This document shows, piece by piece, positions 59,643-64,000 of a DNA stretch of 64,000 nucleotides. Where the stretch lies: assembly GCA_037128175.1 (NCBI GenBank), contig JBAXWY010000001.1:1-64000 (forward strand), given 5' to 3'. The notes beneath the pieces are model-generated. The model was not told the DNA's origin. It saw nothing but the letters and a program-made list of their open reading frames with translations, and searched no databases. This stretch comes from Methanothrix sp. GTDB lineage: Archaea > Halobacteriota > Methanosarcinia > Methanotrichales > Methanotrichaceae. The stretch's first letter is position 1. Each line of letters begins with the position of its first letter. The translations under genes and the position numbers were made by a program.

Positions 59643-60949
59643 GGCGCATCCTCTACCTCTGGCGCATCCTTACGCAGTTGCTCCCCCACAATCTCGTCCA
59701 GAATGGCCAGAAACCGATCCTCTGCGCCCGGTGGGATAGAAGCGCCACTGGCGATGGTGTGCCCCCCGCCCACACCGCCGACTGCCCCGGCGGCCTTGCG
59801 GAGAGCAATCGATAAGTCAAGGCCCCTAGATATGAGCGGCTTGGTTCCGCGTGCCGATATCTTGACCATATCGTCCTTGTGATTCAGGGTGATGAGCGGC
59901 AGGTCGGCGTATAAATACCGGATACCCAGTCCCGAAACAATAGCTCCCGCTTCCATATTCACCATTTTGAGGTAGCGGATGTTCTGTAGCACTTTATTTT
60001 GCTCTCGCAGCATGCCAACCTCCCGCAGGATATGGCCTTTGTATTCCTGGGCCAGGCTTCTGGCCGGCTCTAGTGCGCCAGTATCGCGCAGGCACAGTGT
60101 CAAGCCCAGGCCCGGAACGTCTCGATTGCCGCAGGCGTTGAGCAGCTCTACCATCTCCAGGGAGTTTTCCACCACTTCGTGCTTGAGGCGGATGGCCTCT
60201 CCTATGATTGAATCAGCTGCAAAGCTTCCTTGCATAAGTAATTTTAAAGTTATGGCCGTGCATAATTTTGCCAGGTCATCTCTTACCAGGCTCTCTACAT
60301 TGCCTTTTATCTTTAAATCATCTAAAAATTGGCGAGTTTTTTCCGTGTCGCCGGTAAAGTCCAAGAGCGGCTCTATACTGCTCTGAAAAACTTCTTCGAT
60401 CGGGCCGTCTTCAGACATCTTCAAGCCGGATTTCAACTCTACGGCCCCGCTTGCAATGGCCTCTTCCAGAATGGTTTTATTCGCGCCGATCATGCCCTGC
60501 CGGTCGCCCATGGCACCAACCAGTGCCAGGCCGGATAGATCCGCGTTCTCGCCCATGTGACGCACCACAGAATATACGGTGCCCGCGGCAGACAGCTCAA
60601 AGGCCCCATCTATGCCGAAAAGATGGGGGTTGAGGTGCATGCAGTCCAGCGTGCCCACGGGCCGATGGTGGTCCAGGACAAAGCAGTCATCTTTGACGCG
60701 GGAGATAAGTTCTGGCTTGCCGCTGCCCATATCGCAGAATACCACCGGCCCCTCTAGCCCGGCAAGCACGGACTCGTCCAGCCGATTTAGCAGAGAGGCC
60801 TGAAAAGGTATCCCCGCGCGATGGAGGGCACTACAGATCAGCCCTGCGGATGTGATCCCGTCCGCGTCGTTATGCGAGATCACGCGCATGCTGTCGCATT
60901 GCATTATCGAACTGGCAATAGCCTCTGCAGCTTTGTCCAGCCGCTTCAT
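59639..60949 (-). CDS. DHH/DHHA1 RecJ-like phosphoesterase
   Basis: HNDADG, DMG, DHH, GGGH. Confidence 0.92.
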   Translation of the reverse strand: MKRLDKAAEAIASSIMQCDSMRVISHNDADGITSAGLICSALHRAGIPFQASLLNRLDESVLAGLEGPVVFCDMGSGKPELISRVKDDCFVLDHHRPVGTLDCMHLNPHLFGIDGAFELSAAGTVYSVVRHMGENADLSGLALVGAMGDRQGMIGANKTILEEAIASGAVELKSGLKMSEDGPIEEVFQSSIEPLLDFTGDTEKTRQFLDDLKIKGNVESLVRDDLAKLCTAITLKLLMQGSFAADSIIGEAIRLKHEVVENSLEMVELLNACGNRDVPGLGLTLCLRDTGALEPARSLAQEYKGHILREVGMLREQNKVLQNIRYLKMVNMEAGAIVSGLGIRYLYADLPLITLNHKDDMVKISARGTKPLISRGLDLSIALRKAAGAVGGVGGGHTIASGASIPPGAEDRFLAILDEIVGEQLRKDAPEVEDAP

Positions 60950-61401
60950 GAGATGAGAATCTCAGCCGTCTCAGGCGAGTAAGTCCAATCCGGTGCCAAT
61001 CGCCCGGAGTCGTGATAGTATTTTACCAATCTTCGGACCTTGTTCTCGGTGAGATGCAGGGATCTCTTGTTATGGACGTCCTTCTTGTTGGTCTTGATGT
61101 GCTTTCTGACGTGCAGAGCTTTCCTCATCAGATTGGTGAGGTCCTCAGGTATGTCAGGCAGGACTTTGTTCTCCTTCAGGAAGCCGGTTATATTCTTGCC
61201 CAAGACCAATTTGGTGCTTGGCACTCCGTACTGATCACGTAAGGTGAGGCCAATGCGGCTGGGAGGCATTCCGCTCTCGTGCAACTTCATGATTGTCTTT
61301 TCCAGCTCCTCGTTGGATACATCGGACCACGCGGGTATTTTGGCAACCACGGGTGGTCTGGATCGGGAGGAACCCTTTTTTCTGCTGTGCATTTTAGCCA
61401 T
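60946..61401 (-). CDS. rps15: 30S ribosomal protein S15 (uS15/S13e)
   Basis: MAKMHSRKKGSS, LRDQYG, PEDL, RRLVKYY. Confidence 0.97.
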   Translation of the reverse strand: MAKMHSRKKGSSRSRPPVVAKIPAWSDVSNEELEKTIMKLHESGMPPSRIGLTLRDQYGVPSTKLVLGKNITGFLKENKVLPDIPEDLTNLMRKALHVRKHIKTNKKDVHNKRSLHLTENKVRRLVKYYHDSGRLAPDWTYSPETAEILIS

Positions 61402-61526
61402 TTTGATAGTCCTCATTAAATTTCATAAAGGCGAAGGTGTAATGCTCACTGCCAGGTGGGATAAAAAACTTGCGCCGCTCTGTAGGCAACAAATTTATAG
61501 GCAGGAGGTTTTTCAAGACCATTGTC

Positions 61527-62189
61527 ATGTTTCCCGAGTATATAAACCAGCTATTTTATCTGGTGGGCGAAGCGGTAGTGCTTTTAGCTTTATTGATCTT
61601 GATTCTGTCGATAATAGTATCTATGCTCGTTCTTTACTCCTTTAAGACAGGCAACTTCTTCGCGGCTAGGTACATGCTTTTAGGTATCGTTCTTCTCGAG
61701 AATGTAATAACGACTCTATTCTGGATCACCCGTGTTGATGATTCTATAGTGGACGATGTGGGTGTGCGGCTTCGCAATTACATTAACAACAAGGAGTTTT
61801 TGAATACACCATGTGCTATGCGATTCATCTTCATGCCCCAATGCGTTCGCAGCACAGAGTGTCCGGCCAAGCTCACGCCGGAGGGCATAAAGTGCGTGAA
61901 CTGCGGGCGCTGCAACGTAGGCGACGCCCAGAAATATGCAGAGAGCCTTGGTTACCATTTCTTCATCGTGCCCGGTTCCAGCTTCATAAAGAGGATAATA
62001 AAAAAATACCGGCCGCGAGCCATCGTGGGCGTCGGCTGCCACATGGAGATAAAAGAGGGCTTGGATCTCTGCCACCGCCACGGCATACCGGCGCGAGGGG
62101 TGCTGCTCTTAAAAGCAGGTTGTGTGGCTACGACACTGGACTGGGAGCAATTCTACGAGGCCATAAAAGAAAAAGAACCGCATGCCTAA
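61527..62189 (+). CDS. DUF116 protein
   Basis: PQCVRS..CPA, C..CGRC, VPGSS, GVGC. Confidence 0.85.
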   Translation: MFPEYINQLFYLVGEAVVLLALLILILSIIVSMLVLYSFKTGNFFAARYMLLGIVLLENVITTLFWITRVDDSIVDDVGVRLRNYINNKEFLNTPCAMRFIFMPQCVRSTECPAKLTPEGIKCVNCGRCNVGDAQKYAESLGYHFFIVPGSSFIKRIIKKYRPRAIVGVGCHMEIKEGLDLCHRHGIPARGVLLLKAGCVATTLDWEQFYEAIKEKEPHA

Positions 62190-62212
62190 AAAAATGTACT
62201 AAATGGTACAGT

Positions 62213-62389
62213 TTATCCCATGCTGATGGCTTCGGATGGGCAAGCCTCAATGCATGTCTTGCACTCAGTGCACTTCTCTTTATTTACAACTGCAATTTCC
62301 TCGTCGTCCAAGGTGATGGCTTCTTCCGGGCACTCCTCGACGCAAGTTCCACAGCTTACGCATTCTTCTCTGTTAATAACTGCAGGCAT
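62213..62389 (-). CDS. 2[4Fe-4S] ferredoxin
   Basis: Two CxxCxxCxxxCP motifs; GGAGG RBS. Confidence 0.95.
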   Translation of the reverse strand: MPAVINREECVSCGTCVEECPEEAITLDDEEIAVVNKEKCTECKTCIEACPSEAISMG

Positions 62390-62472
62390 TAATAACTCCT
62401 CCAATTTGCCTCACTAGGGCAAATCCACCTGTAAGTATATCCGATATATACCTTTCGTTAGCCTATGTAAGC

Positions 62473-63999
62473 CTATGCCAGTTCGTTGTACCTTTTTCGG
62501 TCTTTCAGTTCCTGGCGTTTGGCACTGTTCCATCCGCTCACAGCCTGAAGGTATCCAGTAATTCGGCTAATGTGATCCACGTCGTCCGATCCGCAGCTCG
62601 GGCACTTATCTTCCAGTCCACCTGAAACCTTGGAGCATCCCAGGCATACTGTCATATCCCTGCTGAAGGTGAAGTAGCCGATCTGGGTCTCTTTGGCCAG
62701 GCGCATTCCAAAGTCCATCAGGCCCTGGGGGTCAGGGGTGGCTTCGCCCATGAAGATATGGAAGATGTTGCCGCCATCAACTATGGGGAAGAAGACATGT
62801 TCGAGCTTTGCTCTCTCGAATATGGTCACGTCTGCGCCGGGCGGCAGATGAGTGCCGTTGGTGTAATAGACGGGCAGATCGCGCGTCTTCTGCAAATTCT
62901 TCTTCACAGCGTCCAGGTCGCCCTTGACAACCTTCTCCGCACAGTCCCGGAACTCCTCGTGTATGAGGTCGGATACCGCGAATCGCTGGGCGGTGGTTTC
63001 CGCGGGTGTACGCGCCAGGGCAATGGTCATGCCGTGCTGCAAAGAGAGTTTTTTGGCGTAGATCTCCATCTCCGTCATGGCCCGCACTGCCAGCTTCCAG
63101 GCCTCTCTGGACTCATGCATCTGCTTTCCCGTGTGGAACTGCACCATCTCGTTGACGCCCACCACGCCGATGGTATAGACCAGGCCTTCCAGGCCCACGG
63201 CGACAGAACCCTTCTCGCCCGTGCGCGGGTCGCGCGGCCGCTGGGTGGCGAAGGGCATGCGGTGGTTCTTGATGATCTGGTTCATCCACTCACGCTTAAC
63301 TTTGAAGATCTCCACAGAGGTGTCCATCAGCTCTCGCAGATACTCGAAGAGCAGCTCGTCGTCCCCCCTGGCCAGGTAAGCGGCGCGAGGACAGTTGAGA
63401 GATACCACCTGCCAGGAGCCCATGGAGAAGTGCTTGCCGTCTTTGAAGTACAGCTTGTCCTCAAACTGGCTGTCGCTGTCATAAGTGGCCGCAAACTGGT
63501 AGGCACAACATTGATAGCATGATATACCTTCGCCGGCACCGCGGTAAGCGGGAAGCTGGTTGTCAAAGTAAGGTGTGCCGTACTCGGCGGCCAGCTTAAA
63601 GGTCAAAAGATATAGCTGCTGGTAGGTTGGCAGATCCGGGTGAGCGGCATTGAAGGCCTCATCCTCCTTCATGAAGTCCGGCTCAATGCTGATCTCGGGC
63701 TTGGGGAAGTTGAAGGGCTTGCCCCAGTAGTCACCGGCCAGCATGACCTCCATGAGGGCTTTGAAGGCTAAACGTACCTCGCGCTCGAACTGGCCGTAGG
63801 TCTTCAGGGGTGCGTCTGGTGATGAGCCGTTCCAGACCTTTCCCGCGTAAACGGCGGGCTTGTCTCGCCACAGTTTGGGAACTCCCGGCGTGAGCTGCAC
63901 CGAGGAGAAGACGAGCTGGCCGCCGCGAGCGACCATCATCTGTGTCATCTCGTAGACGAACATCTGCATGAGTTGCACGATCTCGGCGTAGCTCTTGCT
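62473..63999 (-). CDS. nrdD: Class III anaerobic ribonucleoside-triphosphate reductase, C-terminal part (5' truncated by window edge)
   Basis: TPAETTAQRFA, YYTNG, CxxC...CxxC Zn site, glycyl radical motif RITGYL. Confidence 0.95.
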   Translation of the reverse strand, partial: SKSYAEIVQLMQMFVYEMTQMMVARGGQLVFSSVQLTPGVPKLWRDKPAVYAGKVWNGSSPDAPLKTYGQFEREVRLAFKALMEVMLAGDYWGKPFNFPKPEISIEPDFMKEDEAFNAAHPDLPTYQQLYLLTFKLAAEYGTPYFDNQLPAYRGAGEGISCYQCCAYQFAATYDSDSQFEDKLYFKDGKHFSMGSWQVVSLNCPRAAYLARGDDELLFEYLRELMDTSVEIFKVKREWMNQIIKNHRMPFATQRPRDPRTGEKGSVAVGLEGLVYTIGVVGVNEMVQFHTGKQMHESREAWKLAVRAMTEMEIYAKKLSLQHGMTIALARTPAETTAQRFAVSDLIHEEFRDCAEKVVKGDLDAVKKNLQKTRDLPVYYTNGTHLPPGADVTIFERAKLEHVFFPIVDGGNIFHIFMGEATPDPQGLMDFGMRLAKETQIGYFTFSRDMTVCLGCSKVSGGLEDKCPSCGSDDVDHISRITGYLQAVSGWNSAKRQELKDRKRYNELA

Positions 64000-64000
64000 C

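Noticed and set aside
62758-63522. 254-aa plus-strand ORF
   Set aside because: Antisense shadow of nrdD

Overview
Core-genome window from a methanogenic archaeon, most likely Methanothrix (Methanosaeta). This is inferred from methanogen-type SerRS, ftr, fno, DUF2551, porCDAB, TFE and the many secreted NosD/TPR/rhodanese paralogues. About 60 CDS are mostly housekeeping: a two-component cluster, aroA', ftr-purO-por, PINA, mutS-mutL, purH, trm1, cobZSY, amtB-glnK, endoQ, larB, serS-pcc1-DHH-rps15 and nrdD. No rRNA, tRNA or CRISPR array was seen. The gene list leaves five things unexplained. (1) Two copies of a TATA-preceded hairpin GAGCGGGTA...TACCCGCTC carry a conserved C-rich, anti-Shine-Dalgarno-like loop, and a third locus has similar architecture; these are candidate sRNAs. 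(2) A secreted operon encodes NosD, two CxxC-rich rhodanese homologues lacking the catalytic Cys, and a subtilase; three of these proteins share an Ig-like module, suggesting a cell-surface or sheath maturation system. (3) An ISL3-like MITE has a perfect 8-bp target duplication and a decayed second copy, and two IS200/IS605-type end remnants both abut TTTAA. (4) cobY probably starts at a CTG codon. (5) There is an AT-rich two-gene island. All calls come from reading the sequence; no database searches were run.
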